Source of the DNA: Lama guanicoe
Taxonomy: Eukaryota
Direction of reading: 5' to 3'
Assembly (NCBI GenBank): GCA_013239625.1
Contig: MU053482.1
Span: 4,115,922-4,179,921, forward strand
Length of the DNA: 64,000 nt
The translations under genes were made by a program, and so were the position numbers. This document shows positions 36,812-48,640 of this stretch, piece by piece. Numbering within the stretch: position 1 is the stretch's first letter; each line of letters opens with the position of its first letter. The notes under the pieces are model-generated. The model saw only the letters and a list, made by a program, of their open reading frames with translations. It was not told where the DNA came from and searched no databases.

Positions 36812-37328
36812 TTTTATTTGTTTGTTTGTTTATTATTGAAGTACAGTCAGTTACAACGCATCAATTTCTGGTGTACAGCACGATGTCCCAGTCATGCATA
36901 TACATACATATATTTGTTTTCATATTCTTTTTCATTAAAGGTTATTACAAGATATTGAATATAGTCCCCTGTGCTATACAGAAGAAATCTGCTTTTTATC
37001 TATTTTTATATATATGCAAAGGTTAACCTTTGCAAATCTCAAACTCCCAAATTTATCCTTTCCCACCCACTTTGCCCCACTAATCATAAAAGTGCTTACT
37101 ATGTCTGAGCGTCTGTTTCTGTTTTGTAGATGAGTTCATTAGTGTCCTCTTTTTCCTTCTTCTTTTTTTTAAGATTGCACATATAAGTGATACCATATGG
37201 TATTTTTCTTTCTCTTTCTGGCTTACTTTACTTAGAATGATGATCTCCAGGTCCATCCATGTTGCTGCAAATGGCATTATTTTATTCTTTTTTTTAATCA
37301 TTGAGTAGTATTCCATTGTATAAATATA
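36812..37328 (-). mobile_element. 5'-truncated L1 with 12-bp TSD
   Basis: ORF2 C-terminus (MEYYSMIKK...MPFAATWMDLEIIILSKVSQKEKEKYHM, 37080..37316). TSD tgcacagcgctc (36800-36811) / tgcacagctctc (37329-37340). Confidence 0.92.
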
Positions 37329-37771
37329 TGCACAGCTCTCAATTCATGGAGACCCCATTCTGGAAATCTGAGTATGTACTTTTGTATAGTTTTCCAATTG
37401 GCAGCCCTGGGGTTGCGTCTGCTCAGAAACAGATTTCTTTGGCTTGGTGATTGATAACTGCTGGAGCTGAGAAGGAGCTGCCCCTTGAGAAGGGCTCTGA
37501 ACAGGTCTCGTGGGCTGGCCAGCTTCACAGCTGTGCACTGTCTCACAGGGCCTGCGCTCAGAAGGGCCTGCACACGTTTTAATGCTCCACCCACATCCCC
37601 CAGGCACTCACCTTCCCGCACACACTGCTGGTTTCCTCCTCTCTGCCAGAAGGCTTTCTCTGCCCACAGGAGCATGCTCGGCCTGCCCTGGGGGCAAGCT
37701 GGGAGTGCTCTGGAGTTGCTGCCTGCAGCCCACCATCAATTAGGGCTAGGAGTTGGGAAACGAATACCCCA

Positions 37772-38219
37772 TGTTATAGGCTGAATTGTGTCCCCACCAA
37801 ATCCATATGTCAAAGTCCTAATCCCCAGAACCTCAGAATGTGACCTGATCTGGGAGCAGGGTTGTGGCAGAAGTAATAGGTTAAGATGAGGTCTGCTGGA
37901 GTAGAGTTGGCCCTTCTTTCAATATGGCTACTGTCCTTACAAGGACACACCAGGTGAAGATGGAGGCAAACAGGGGGAACGCCACCTGACAACAAAGGCA
38001 TAGACTGGAGTGTGCCTCTCCAAACCAAGGAAGGCCAAAGGATGCTGGCAAACCACCAGAAGCCAGGGGAGAGGTGTGGAACTGCTTGGCCATCACAGCC
38101 CTAGAAACACTTTGATCTTGGACTCCTGGCCTCCAGAACCATGAGACAATTTCTATTGTTGAAGCCACCCTGCTGGTGGTCCTGTGTTTTGGCCACAGCA
38201 GCCTTAGGAAATGAATACA
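37772..38219 (+). mobile_element. MaLR solo LTR (MLT1C-like)
   Basis: tgttataggctgaattgtgtcccc...ctcagaatgtgacc...gcagccttaggaaatgaataca; flanks cccca/tccca. Confidence 0.85.
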
Positions 38220-38654
38220 TCCCAGCTTCCTGACCTCTCAGGTGGGACAGGGCTGACGTAGGTGGTACACAGCCTCCTAATGGCTCCCAGGAGGACTGCG
38301 CTGTGAGGGGCCACCAGGGTGCCTTGTTGTGATGCTCACAGTATTAGCTTTCTTCGCTGCCCTGTCTCATGTCCCCACTCCCTCATCACTGTTCCCTGGG
38401 GTCAGCTACCAGGCAAATGCCTTGGCCTCGACTCCTGTCCCAGCGTCTGCTTCTGGGAGAACCCAAACTAAGACAGCCATACCTTCTACAAGTCACTAAG
38501 GCCTTCACCAGCTGCTGCCCTCTTGCCTGACCCTCGAAATTATGTGAGTGTTCAACCCTTGACCCATGTGTGATCTGTATGTATATGTGCATGGTGACGT
38601 ATGTCCCCCTAGCCCTCCCTCTCTGCATTAACTGGTTAATGTTTAATAAAGGAA

Positions 38655-38880
38655 ATAATAATAAAAATGATGCACCAGGCACTATTCTAAGCACTTTGCA
38701 TCTATTATCTCATTTAAGCCTTTTGACAACACTATACTGTAGTAACTATGTATTATCATCCTATTTCAAAGATGAGGAAATTAAGGCACAATGTGACCCA
38801 GAGAGTAAATGGTGGAGTCAGGATTTAAATCCACCTGGGCCGTCCCCAGAATCCATCCTCTTCACCTCTATACTATACAT
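38655..38880 (-). mobile_element. MIR SINE
   Basis: ccaggcactattctaagcactttgc...tctcatttaa...gatgaggaaattaaggcac...gtcaggatttaaatcc. Confidence 0.7.
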
Positions 38881-39621
38881 AGCCTTCCTAGGATAAAAAG
38901 CGGGACTATATACGAATCAGCCTGTTAAAACAGGTTCCTACAGTCTGGGGAGGGACCAGAGATTCTGAATTTCCTACCAGCTCCCTGTGAGATTCTGATG
39001 AGCTCTGAAAGAAACAAAGACGAGCTTTAGGGCCAGGAATTATGTGTGGTTCCAGCTCTTAACAGAGTCCTCAGACTCTGTCTGAAAAAGGCTCCCTTAC
39101 TACCTGGCCAGATAGTTTATCTCTTCATTCTCCCAAGCCCATGGGCTCCATCTTGCTACTCTCAGTTGCGGGCCCTTCACTTAGCAGTTGATTTCTCTAC
39201 ATGGCCATCTTTGGATCTGATGCTTTGGACTGTCCCCTGTAGGTCCCCAGCTGCCCTCTGCACAAGGCACTGTCTTCTGTTCCTTCCACCCGTCCCCACA
39301 GTTTCAAGCCAGCCAGCCCTGCTTCTACTCATGCTGTCCCTCAAAACCCAACCTGGATTAGAGTTGCCACCTGCTCTCTCCAGTTGCCTGGGAGGGGAGT
39401 GTGAACACCTCCACTGAGAAGTGCTAATAATTGCTAGTCGCCAGTGGTGCTAATTTAAAGATGAAAAGCACAGCACGTTTCTGTTTATTCCTCCAAGACT
39501 GAACAGTAGCAGGTCTTCCTCAGATCACAAGATTAACTGGCTTTCCTCTAAAGCCATTTAGGGCCATTGAAACACAAATGATGTGTCAACACACTTTAAA
39601 AGAGAGATTATTCATTAGGAT

Positions 39622-39775
39622 GCAAGGGTTGTCAAACCTGGCTGACACTCACCTGGGGAGCTAAAAAATAAAAAGATGCTAGCCCACACCTATCCCCACC
39701 CCCCAAGAATCTGGAGGGCGATTCTGGACTCAGAAGGTCCTGCTGATGAATGACGATGGGCTTGGACACTGCGAC
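39622..39775. mobile_element. MER5-like hAT-Charlie MITE remnant; a second piece at about 38910-39010
   Basis: gttgtcaaacctggctgacactcacctggggagctaaaaaataaaaagatgc. Confidence 0.5.
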
Positions 39776-40424
39776 CCCAGAAGACTAGCCCAGCCGGAGG
39801 CCCCAGCCCAGGGGCAGCCTTGTCTGGTGCATTCCTCTCTCTTTAAGATCACTCCAGACAAGCTTCTGAGTCCTGGGCAGTTTACAAATGCCTTCCACGC
39901 CGTTCATTCTTCTTTCCCATACACTTCACAGCTGCACTTCTGTCCAGCTCCTTTAATAGCTGCGCTTCTTCAAAGTCAGTTGGCACTGAAGTAGATCTGG
40001 AATGACCTTAAATGGTTCTCCTTCCTCAGGACTTGGAGAAGGGCTACATCTAGGAGCCCTCACAGAGGCATAAAAAATACGGTTACAGGGTCCAGGCAGA
40101 GTATCACAATCTTCCTGGGACGTTCCAAGCATTACTTCGGCTATTGCAAGTCCCAGGATTACCACCTAACAGATCCAGCCATCTGTGTCTGGGTCTGCTC
40201 TTCCATGTCATAGCCAGGCATTAGTGACCACCAAAACCCACATGAAATTCGCACTCCTCACTTAGTGGGGTCTCCATAGCCAAACTCCCAACATCCACTA
40301 ATCCCCTCCTATCTGCTCCAAAATGACTTATTTTCCCAAAGACCCTGTATTCTGCAACAAAATGGCCAAACTGGTCTCTAAAGATGATTGTGGTAGATGA
40401 TATAAAAAGAGCCCCCTGGCCAGT

Positions 40425-40811
40425 CAGGGTTGTGTGTTGGATGCCAATCAATGTTTAACTCTTCTTCTCTCTCTCTCTCTCTCAAGAACAACAAACAGAA
40501 ATCTCATGTATTAGTAATCTCTAATGGAAAATAATATGAAAATGAATGTATGTATGTAAATATATGATTGAAATATTATGTTGTATACCAGGAATTGACA
40601 CATTGTAATTCACACTGGCTATACTTCAATTAAAAAAAAACATCTGATTTATAACATTTGCCAGCATCTGCAGTATAAATACTCTCCCACCATAGCTGAT
40701 TTCAGGCTACTCACCTGATGCCACTGGCTTGGAGTTGGGAAGAGATGTGCAGAGTGGGAAAAGGATGTGCATGATCATCTGGCAATGGCCCAGGGCAGCC
40801 CCAGCACCCTG
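40425..40811. mobile_element. MER63-like hAT-Blackjack element interrupted by a (CT)n run and a short L1 3' end
   Basis: taaatactctcccaccatagctgatttcaggctac...ggagttgggaagagatgtgca...ccagcaccctg, characteristic of MER63. Confidence 0.65.
40484..40640 (+). mobile_element. Short L1 3' end inserted in the MER63-like element
   Basis: taatggaaaataatatgaaaatgaatgtatg...tgttgtataccaggaattgacacattgtaa...ctatacttcaattaaaaaaaaa. Confidence 0.85.
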
Positions 40812-41024
40812 GTTCCAGCGCCCAAGGCAGAGAGGCTGCAGTTCGGTGGCTGCCTCCCTTCACTCACTGTATAATGGGCACCATGCTCAGGGCTTTACAT
40901 CAATCCACCCCATTCTTTCTTCATTCATTCAGCAATTATATATTAAGTGCATATGAAGTACTGTACATTATTCTAGATTCTGACCATATTGAAATCTCAC
41001 TACCACACTGCAAACCATGACATT

Positions 41025-41430
41025 TATGGCTAAGGTGAATTTATTTAGAGCTCACCACGTGCCAGGTACTGGTCTAAACCAGATTTATATATGACTCATT
41101 CAATCCTCTCAACAACCATCATACTACCCAAGGCAGGTAATATTTTTATCCCCGTCCCATAGAGTAGGAAATCAGAGCACAGAGAAGTGGAAGGATTGGC
41201 TCAGTGTCCCAGAGCTACAAGAGGGAGGGCTGGGGTGCAAACCCAGGCACCCCGGCTCAAGTCCATGTCCGTAATCCCATATATCATTATCTCCAAATGA
41301 CAAAGGAGGAAACTGGAGGATCAGACATGAAATGACATACCCAAGATGACACAGATGGTAAGGAATGGGCAGGGATTCAAACTCGCGCCTGTCTGATTCT
41401 AAAGAATTTGCTCTCTGTCACTCTGCCCCA
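41025..41430 (-). mobile_element. Two tandem MIR SINEs
   Basis: gtgccaggtactggtctaa...gtaggaaatcagagcacagagaagtg; gaggaaactggagg...gcagggattcaaactc...tctgattctaaag. Confidence 0.7.
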
Positions 41431-41671
41431 CAGACTGCCGAAGGAGCCGCGGGTCTCAGGCCGCAACAGCATTCTAAGATCACTGATTCATTCCAGGAAG
41501 ACAACGTCCTCTTTTTACGACTGTATATCCTTAGAACCCAAGGGAATGTATTAGACTGCTAAACTCGGTTTCCTTTAGATGGGAAGGTGGATAGCATATT
41601 TACACACAAAATCCAGCTTCCCTGAGATACAAATCCCTGAGCAAGCAAGATCATGAAATGAGGGAAGTGGG

Positions 41672-41811
41672 GAGAGGGAGGGTATGGCTCGGTGGGAGAA
41701 TGCACGCTGAGCATGCATGACGTCCTGGGTTCAATCCCCGGTACCTCCATTTAAATAAATAAATAGACGTAATTACCTCCCCCTGCAAAATAAACAAAAC
41801 ACAAATTTTTC
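41672..41811 (+). mobile_element. Vic-1-like SINE, full form
   Basis: gggtatggctcggtgggagaatgcacgctgagcatgcatgacgtcctgggttcaatccccggtacctcc...taattacctccccc plus A-rich tail; degenerate TSD tgagggaagtggg (41659-41671) / tgagagaagaggg (41812-41824). Confidence 0.88.
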
Positions 41812-42390
41812 TGAGAGAAGAGGGCCTCAGTCTGGATGAGGGTTTCCTAGAGTGCTTGCTACTTGCCTTTGGATTCACAATGCAATTATACCCGGGAATC
41901 CAACGCCGCACGGAAGACAAAATGTTGCAAACTCCATCTGCTGTTCCTCAAGGGCCGGCCTGGGGTCCAGGTCCTTCCCCCCCTCCCCCTTCAGCTCCAC
42001 GCAGGGGCTTCTGAATGCTCATGCTTTCTTTGCTCCGGACATACCCAGAATTGCCAAATTGGCACAGCCAGGAAGAGAATCCACCTCCTCCTCCCCCCAG
42101 GACCAGAGCGCCAGGCTCTCCATTCCTCCACCCTGAGTAATTCAGAAAATGAAAATGAGAATAATGGACTAGTAGAACTCAGTTGTCTTCATGGGCTAAG
42201 TGACCTTGGAAAGCGGCCAGTTTGCCTCTGCTCTCCCTGGGGCCACGTGAGGAGGAAATTCCTATAAAGTAAAGGTGAGGCAGCAGCCCAAAGGCTATAA
42301 AATTGCGTGAAGGGCATCAGATTTTTCTACTACTCGGATGGTTTTCAGTAGGAATCCCAGGACTTATTAAAAAATGCCGTGGGAGAATGT

Positions 42391-42480
42391 GGGGAGGGTA
42401 ATAGCTCAGCGGTAGAGCATGTGTTTAGCATGCACAAAGTCCTGGGTTCAATCCCCAGTACCTCCATTGAAAAAAACAAA
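42391..42480 (+). mobile_element. Short tRNA-Ala-derived SINE (tRNA head plus A tail only)
   Basis: ggggagggtaatagctcagcggtagagcatgtgtttagcatgcacaaagtcctgggttcaatccccagtacctccattgaaaaaaa; flanks aaaatgccgtggga / aaaatgccatgagg. Confidence 0.88.
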
Positions 42481-43714
42481 ATGCCATGAGGGCTGATTAA
42501 TGTCAGCTGTGTCCAGACAGAGCCAACATAGCTCCAGCCCAGCCCTTGCAGCTCAGGGGTGCCAGGTAGGTAAGATTCCTGTGAGCTTCTGGGGAGGACG
42601 TAACCACGAACTCAAAGCCTTAGGAAATTCTGGACCGCAGCATTTCACCGCAGGTTAAATCCAAGCTGAGAACAAGCCCTCTGGGTGTCCCATGAGGCAA
42701 AGGTGACCCCGGGAAGGCCGGGCCCAGGCTCTCCGATCCCTGTGTGCCAGCACTGGGTAAGGACGGAGACCAATGAGTATTTGGGTGCTAGCTTACTTTG
42801 TGCAAGACTTGGAGAGTTTAAGTGCTGCCTAGGTAAGAAAATTAATGATTAAAATCTCATGAAGGAGAGCCTGAGACTTTATGATTATGAGTCCAAAATT
42901 TCAAGATTCTGGGATCTCTAGAGTCTGATGCTCTGATACTAATTTCCATGACCCTGAGATCATAGGAGTCTAAGCTTCTGTAAATACCAGAGTTACATCT
43001 CCCCTAATGCCCACCCCCCACTCCCCTGCTATTGCTGTTGGTGTGCAGGGTCACAGGTCCTGGCCCCTCCTTGCTTCTCAGCCTGCTCTGCCAGACTGTG
43101 CATAAGTCATGTTCCCAAACACATCAAGCTCTGTGGTGCCACAGTACCTTTGCACTAACTGCCCTCTCTGCTTGGAACATTCTTCCTGCCTCATCTGACC
43201 CAGCTCATGTTTTTTAGGAAGACTTCCCCTGCAGCCCTCCAACTGGAAGGAAAGGCTAAGGTGAGGGAGGAGATTTTTTCCTCCTTGGAAAGCAGACACG
43301 AGGCCTTTGAAACACTGATGTGCTCCAGGCAACCAGTGAGGACTGACATGAGGCTTTAAGGTCCAAGACCTGCGGGTGCAGCCTTAAGCATCCTCTGGAG
43401 AAAGAGCGAAGGCTCCCCCAGGCTGTAAGTCAGCTCTGTGCTTGTGCAAATCACTGCTGCTCAGGTTGTGTGACTGACAGCCTCAGCCTGGCTGATTCAC
43501 AACTCAGGAGACCCAGTGGGCTTCGCGCACATATTTACACCCCAGCCCACTGCCGTTACCTGTCAGATCAGGAGGTTTGATGCTATTTCCCTCAGCTCCA
43601 GAACACCTTCGGGTAATCTATTCTCAAAGCAAAGGATCCCATGAAGGGGTGGGTGACCAGGCAGAGCTGCTCTGCCCTTAAGCCCTCGAGTTTTTCTTTC
43701 TTTATTGAAAGATG

Positions 43715-43940
43715 TCACATGGAGCAGAAAGAACAAGGACTCAGGGGAGAGGCAGACCTCAGTTGAATCCCCAGTGTGGCCGTTAAGCAGTGGTGTGACT
43801 TTGAGCATGTGACTTAACTTCTTTGAGCCTCAGTTCCCTTATCTTTGAGATGGGGATACTGTTATCTACCTCTTGGTTGCTGTAGAGCTCGGTGAGGTAA
43901 TGCCTGGCATGTGGTAAGTACTTAATAAGTAGAACTAGTA
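43715..43940 (+). mobile_element. MIR SINE
   Basis: gtgtgactttgagcatgtgacttaacttctttgagcctcagttcccttatctttgagatggggata. Confidence 0.75.
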
Positions 43941-44331
43941 TTTGTTCATTAGTCTGCACTCCTTTGTTCCCTTCCTCCCTTTCAGAGGGAGGGGCCTAGG
44001 CTGGGAGCAGGGACCCCTGCAGTATTTGCGAGAGCTAGCCTGGCAGCAAATTGCCCTGGGACTTCCCCAGGCACAGGACACCGCTGCTCCTCTCCAGGGG
44101 TCACTCACCCTCTGGCCACTTCATAGTCAGTCCCCAACCCCCTTCCCATCCCAACCTGTCATTCACTTACTCAACAACACCTTTTGGGGCAATTTCTATG
44201 TGCAAGCTTTATTGTTATTAAATCATTGAACACTTATAAGAACTCTATTAGGTAAGGGTTACTAGTAACCCATTTTATAGATGAGGAAACTGAGGCACAA
44301 AGAGGTTAAGTAACTTGTCCAAGTTCAAGTA

Positions 44332-44759
44332 TGTGCATACCTCAGAGATATCGTGGGTCTGGTTCCAGATCACCACAACAGTAGCGAATAGCACAATACA
44401 ATGACTCATATCAATGTTTTTGGTTTCTCAGTGCATTGAGAAGTTGTGTTTATGCTACACTGTAGTCTGTTAAGAATGCAATAGCATTGCTGCTAAAAAA
44501 ATAATGTGCATTACTTAATTAAAAAATACTTTATTGCTATAAAAGGCTGCCCCTTGAGCCTTCAGCAAGTCATAATTTTTTTGCTGGTAGAGGATTTGAA
44601 ATATTGAGGGAATTACCAAAATGTGATACAGAGACATGAAGTCAGCAAATGCTGTGGGGAAAACGGTGCTGACAGACTTGCCCAATGCAGGATTGCCACA
44701 AACCTTCAATCTGTAAAAAACACAATATCTGCAAAGTGCAATAAAGCGAGGTGTGTCTA
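44332..44759. mobile_element. Internally deleted Tigger1-type (TcMar) DNA transposon with TA target duplication, inserted in a MIR (about 44185-44331 and 44762-44830)
   Basis: TA|tgtgcatacctcag...cgaggtgtgtcta|TA degenerate TIRs; Tigger1 end text (ttaattaaaaaatactttattgct; ttgccacaaaccttcaat); MIR halves on both sides. Confidence 0.85.
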
Positions 44760-45529
44760 TAACTTGCAATTGGTGGAGCCGACATTCCAAGTGTGGCAGT
44801 TTGGCCCCAGAGTCCAGGTCCTAACACATTTCCTACCTTTGGGACTAGCAGCGGGAGGGTGCCGGGAACGAGCATCAGCCCAGGCTCTGCGCTGGGCGCT
44901 TCAGCGTGTCTCATCAGTCTCACTTTGTGCATCTGCTGAGGCTACGCCGGATCCCAAGTGTAAATCAAAACAATCAGCTGCTGAGAGCACTGTTTTTTGT
45001 TTTGCCATTTTCAGTTCAGTGCCTAGGACTAAGAAGATGCCCTCGCCAGTGTCTCGACATGGACAGCTAACAGCAGCTGGTTCCTGGGCTCCATCCCGGG
45101 CCACATGGGCGTCCCAGTACACCCTGCACAGACCTTCCTCTTCCTTTAACGCGACTGGAGGTCAAGCTGCAAGGCCCAGAGGTGCTACCAGAATGCAGGA
45201 CGTAGGTGAGCACGGGGCACCAGCCGCTGGCAGGAGGCTGCAGGACAGGGCGATGAATAACCCTGCCAAGGAACTGCCCTCCATAACGTCTGCAACCTTC
45301 ACAGCTAGCAGGCTGCCAGCGCATTTTTTTGCGGGCCCTTTGAAATTATTGATTTTTTTCCGGGCCCCTTTATTTCAGCAACGCATATCATCATATTCCT
45401 CTAGCAAGGCTTACTTCAGAAAACCCAAGAAATATTACTTCTCTGATAGACATGCCCCAAATATTGACCATATCCCTCTTCCTCACTTTGCCTCCTGTCA
45501 TGTTCCTTTCCCTCATGTGTTTCACTGGC

Positions 45530-46030
45530 AGATGCTCACTGATCTCACAGCACAGGCAGGCCGGGTGCTTGGGGCTGGGCACGTGGAATAGAAGTCAGCG
45601 TTCCACCCTTAAGAAGCTCACAATGTAGTGGGAGGAAATAACTGAACAGATCATTTTCGTGCATTGAAATGTGTTCTAAAATTGGTTGTCACAAGGTGCT
45701 GTGATAATATAGCGCAGGATGGGACATGCGTCACAGGGTGACATTTGAGTCTGTCTCAAATGGATGGATGAAGGGGCTTTGATATAGGAAGAGGACGGGG
45801 ACAGATTAAAGTGTCCCAGGAAGAAGAACGTAGCATGCTTAAAAGCCGAGAGGCACGAATGTGCGCATTTGGGAAGCAGTGAGTGGCAGGCACACCGAAT
45901 GTGGGTGATGGTGGAGGGGTGAGGATTCAATGAGGGGAGAGACGCTGGATATGTATGTGGTGGGCAGGTGGCAAGGGGCCTTCAAGGCTGGGCCAAAAAA
46001 TATGAGGGTGTCATAAGGAAGCTTTATTTG
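45530..46030 (-). mobile_element. L2 LINE fragment
   Basis: cccttaagaagctcacaatgtagtggga...ggtgacatttgagtctgtctcaaatgga...tagcatgcttaaaagcc. Confidence 0.6.
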
Positions 46031-48039
46031 GAGTCCTCTCAACTTAAGGTCTCTAAGGATGGACCTCCCAACCATTTGTTACTTTAAAAATGCACTGTAC
46101 CAGTGAAAGGAATTGCTCTCTTCCAGAAAGCCAAACAAGTGAGGTTTCTGCTTTTTCCTCTCAAATAATACAAGTCACTGTATTACTTATTATTAAGGGC
46201 TCCTTACCCAGCTCCAAGCCTCAGTCAGGCCTATCCTGGGTCCCTAATGAGGGTTGGGACCATCGCCCGAGCCAGCAGGACATGGATGGAGACAGGACAA
46301 AGCTGGGCGCGGCCTCTGCCAGGGTCACTGAGGCCCTTCCTGACCACATGCCGACTTTGCCTGGCTTGTGATGGGTTCCTTGCTCCCCAGAACACCTGGA
46401 GTCAAAGCAGCCAGGCCTGATGCTCTCACCGTGGAAACAACTCATGGGTCCCCCAGGTGGGAGGCCAGCCCAGCCCCCAAGCAGGATCTGGCCTGGTAAT
46501 CAGACTCATGCAAAGAACTCAACACACAGAGTCAGCCTGATAGCATCAGCCTGCTTGGGTCTCCAGCTTGAGAATCTGGGCTTTTTGTCATCTTTCTCGA
46601 ATCCTTCATTCACTTATTCAGTGAAAATATGGAGGACATGTTGCCAGACACCCACCTTCAGATAAGATTCAGTCCCTGTCAAACAGGGCCCTGAAGAGCG
46701 TCCCATCAGATGGGTATGGATGGGTGTCGTGCCCCTGTGACTGTCTACAGCACCGGTAGCCCTGAGAGCCTCGGATGGAAGCCTGGTCAGGGTGGAGTGG
46801 CTGTATCTGACCAGAAGTGGAGGAGCAGCCCCAGGGGAAGCAGAAAGAAGAGAAGAGGGAGGGAACGCAGCCTGTCTGACTACCCACTGTGTGCTGGGTG
46901 CTTCACCTTCAGTACCTCATTTCATCTTCACAATGATCCCATGAAATGGGCCAACTGGGACCCAGCGACTAGAAGGAAGGTCAGGGGGCATCTTCAGGAA
47001 CCTCAATTTGGGGTCCTCCTGCCAGCGGTGAGAGCTGGAACACTGACCAAAGGTCAGGGGAAAGAGCCACCATGTCCCCCTAACCCTGAGGTGAACGTCC
47101 ACCAAGTCCCAAGGAGACTCCCCGGCACTGGCGGGTACGGGGACAGCACTGCTGCTTCCTGCCGTGGGCACAGCCAGGTGGGAGAGACGCCCCCTCCCTG
47201 GGGATGGCCACTTGCCCCTGTTGTTAACCCAGCTGGCACCGGGCAGGTGGACAACCCCAAGCAGAGGCACGTCTCTAAAGCCTGGGCAGGACACTGAGAG
47301 GAACTGGGATCACTGAGTGGTACTGTTATTGCTTTTTTTCCCTACTGACTCTGAAAGAGCAAAGAACAGGAAGGGGTATCAGCTGGGTCTGCTGATGGTG
47401 TTCACAAGCATCATTTGGCTTTCTTGATTCTGGCCTGGAATCCACAAAAGCTGGATCAAGCAGGGCAATATATCGTGAGGAGAGGGAGCAGGGTTTGCTT
47501 AGAGATTAGCCAGAGGAGAAGCGCGTGGACCGGTTACTATGGAGAGCAGTGGGGATGGTGGGGAGAGAATGCACGTGTGGGAGGTGACCATGAGTCAGAG
47601 GAGGAGACTACCAAGGTGGAGCTGAAAACAAACCTTCTCTCTCAGAAGCCTGCTCAGCATTATGGACTGCCTGGGTCACAAACAAAGAAAACTCGAGGCT
47701 GGAAGCCAGGCAAAGGGACAATCCCACAGGTGGTGCAGAGATGTGCACGTGCTGCTGGGGCGGGAAGGAGGGACTCCTGCCGGGCACCACTTAACCCAAG
47801 GGTAGAAGTATCTGGTGAGGCTGAAAAGGGCCAACAGAGGTGAGAGCTCTGGCTCTCCAATCTGCAATTGACAGACTGGCCAGGTGGAGCCAGAGGGAGG
47901 CTGTTTCGGGCCCAGATCATGGGATTGGCAGGGAAAACCTTGGCTGCCCAGACACCAAAGGGAAGGCTTCCATTCTATTCAGAGCAGGATGCTGGACAGC
48001 TAGCTAACAATTCTCTGTCCCTGTGGCTGGAGGGAACAA

Positions 48040-48232
48040 TGCCATGGTTATTTACCCTTTGTGCATCTTAGAGACCTCAGAGTCTGATGAAACCTACAGG
48101 TCTTTCCCCCCCCAAAAATGCACACACACACAAACACATGCACACACATATGCACACACACATGCAAACACACAGACACTGCCCATTTCAAGGGGGTCAG
48201 GAAGTCCCCAGTGACCATCCGTGGTTCTTCTA
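48040..48232. mobile_element. MER103-like hAT-Charlie MITE with an expanded (CA)-rich centre (48119-48178)
   Basis: agagtctgatgaaacctacaggtctttccccc...aaaaatgcacacacac...atttcaagggggtca. Confidence 0.55.
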
Positions 48233-48239
48233 GGACTCT

Positions 48240-48640
48240 ATGGGCTTTGATTAAAGCCTTTTCTTCCCCCAACCCTGGGTCTCTGCAATGGTACTTCTCA
48301 GCTCAAAGATCTCCCCCTGGTCTTTACAGGGCCAACTCCCAGAGTTCAGTCTCTACTTGGACATCACGATCTCAGAAAGGCTTTTCCTAACCACCTCATC
48401 AACCCACTCCTCCAATCCACTCCCCTTCACCCCTACATGTTCTGTCACCTGCCCTGTCTTATTTTTCTGCAAGGATTTTTAACTATCTAAAAATTACATG
48501 AATCCTTATTTGGTTATTTCGATGCTGTTGTCTGTGTCTGCACTGAAGTGTCGGGCCTACACAGGCACGGGCCTTTTCTCTCTGCTAACTTCTAGTGCTG
48601 AGACAGCGCTCGATACCTAGTAGGGGAGCAACAAATATTT
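48240..48640 (+). mobile_element. L2 LINE 3' fragment
   Basis: tctcagaaaggcttttcctaaccacc...tctagtgctgagacagcgctcgatacctagtagg...caacaaatattt. Confidence 0.55.

Noticed and set aside
9884..42480. Four tRNA-Ala-like sequences as tRNA genes
   Set aside because: They have substitutions relative to tRNA-Ala, extra 5' purine leaders, SINE tails and target-site duplications, so they are SINEs.
44623..45591. Longest ORF in the track (322 aa, + strand)
   Set aside because: Starts at GTG inside a Tigger1 end, runs through a MIR and GC-rich intron, has no recognisable domain, and is antisense to GALNT18.
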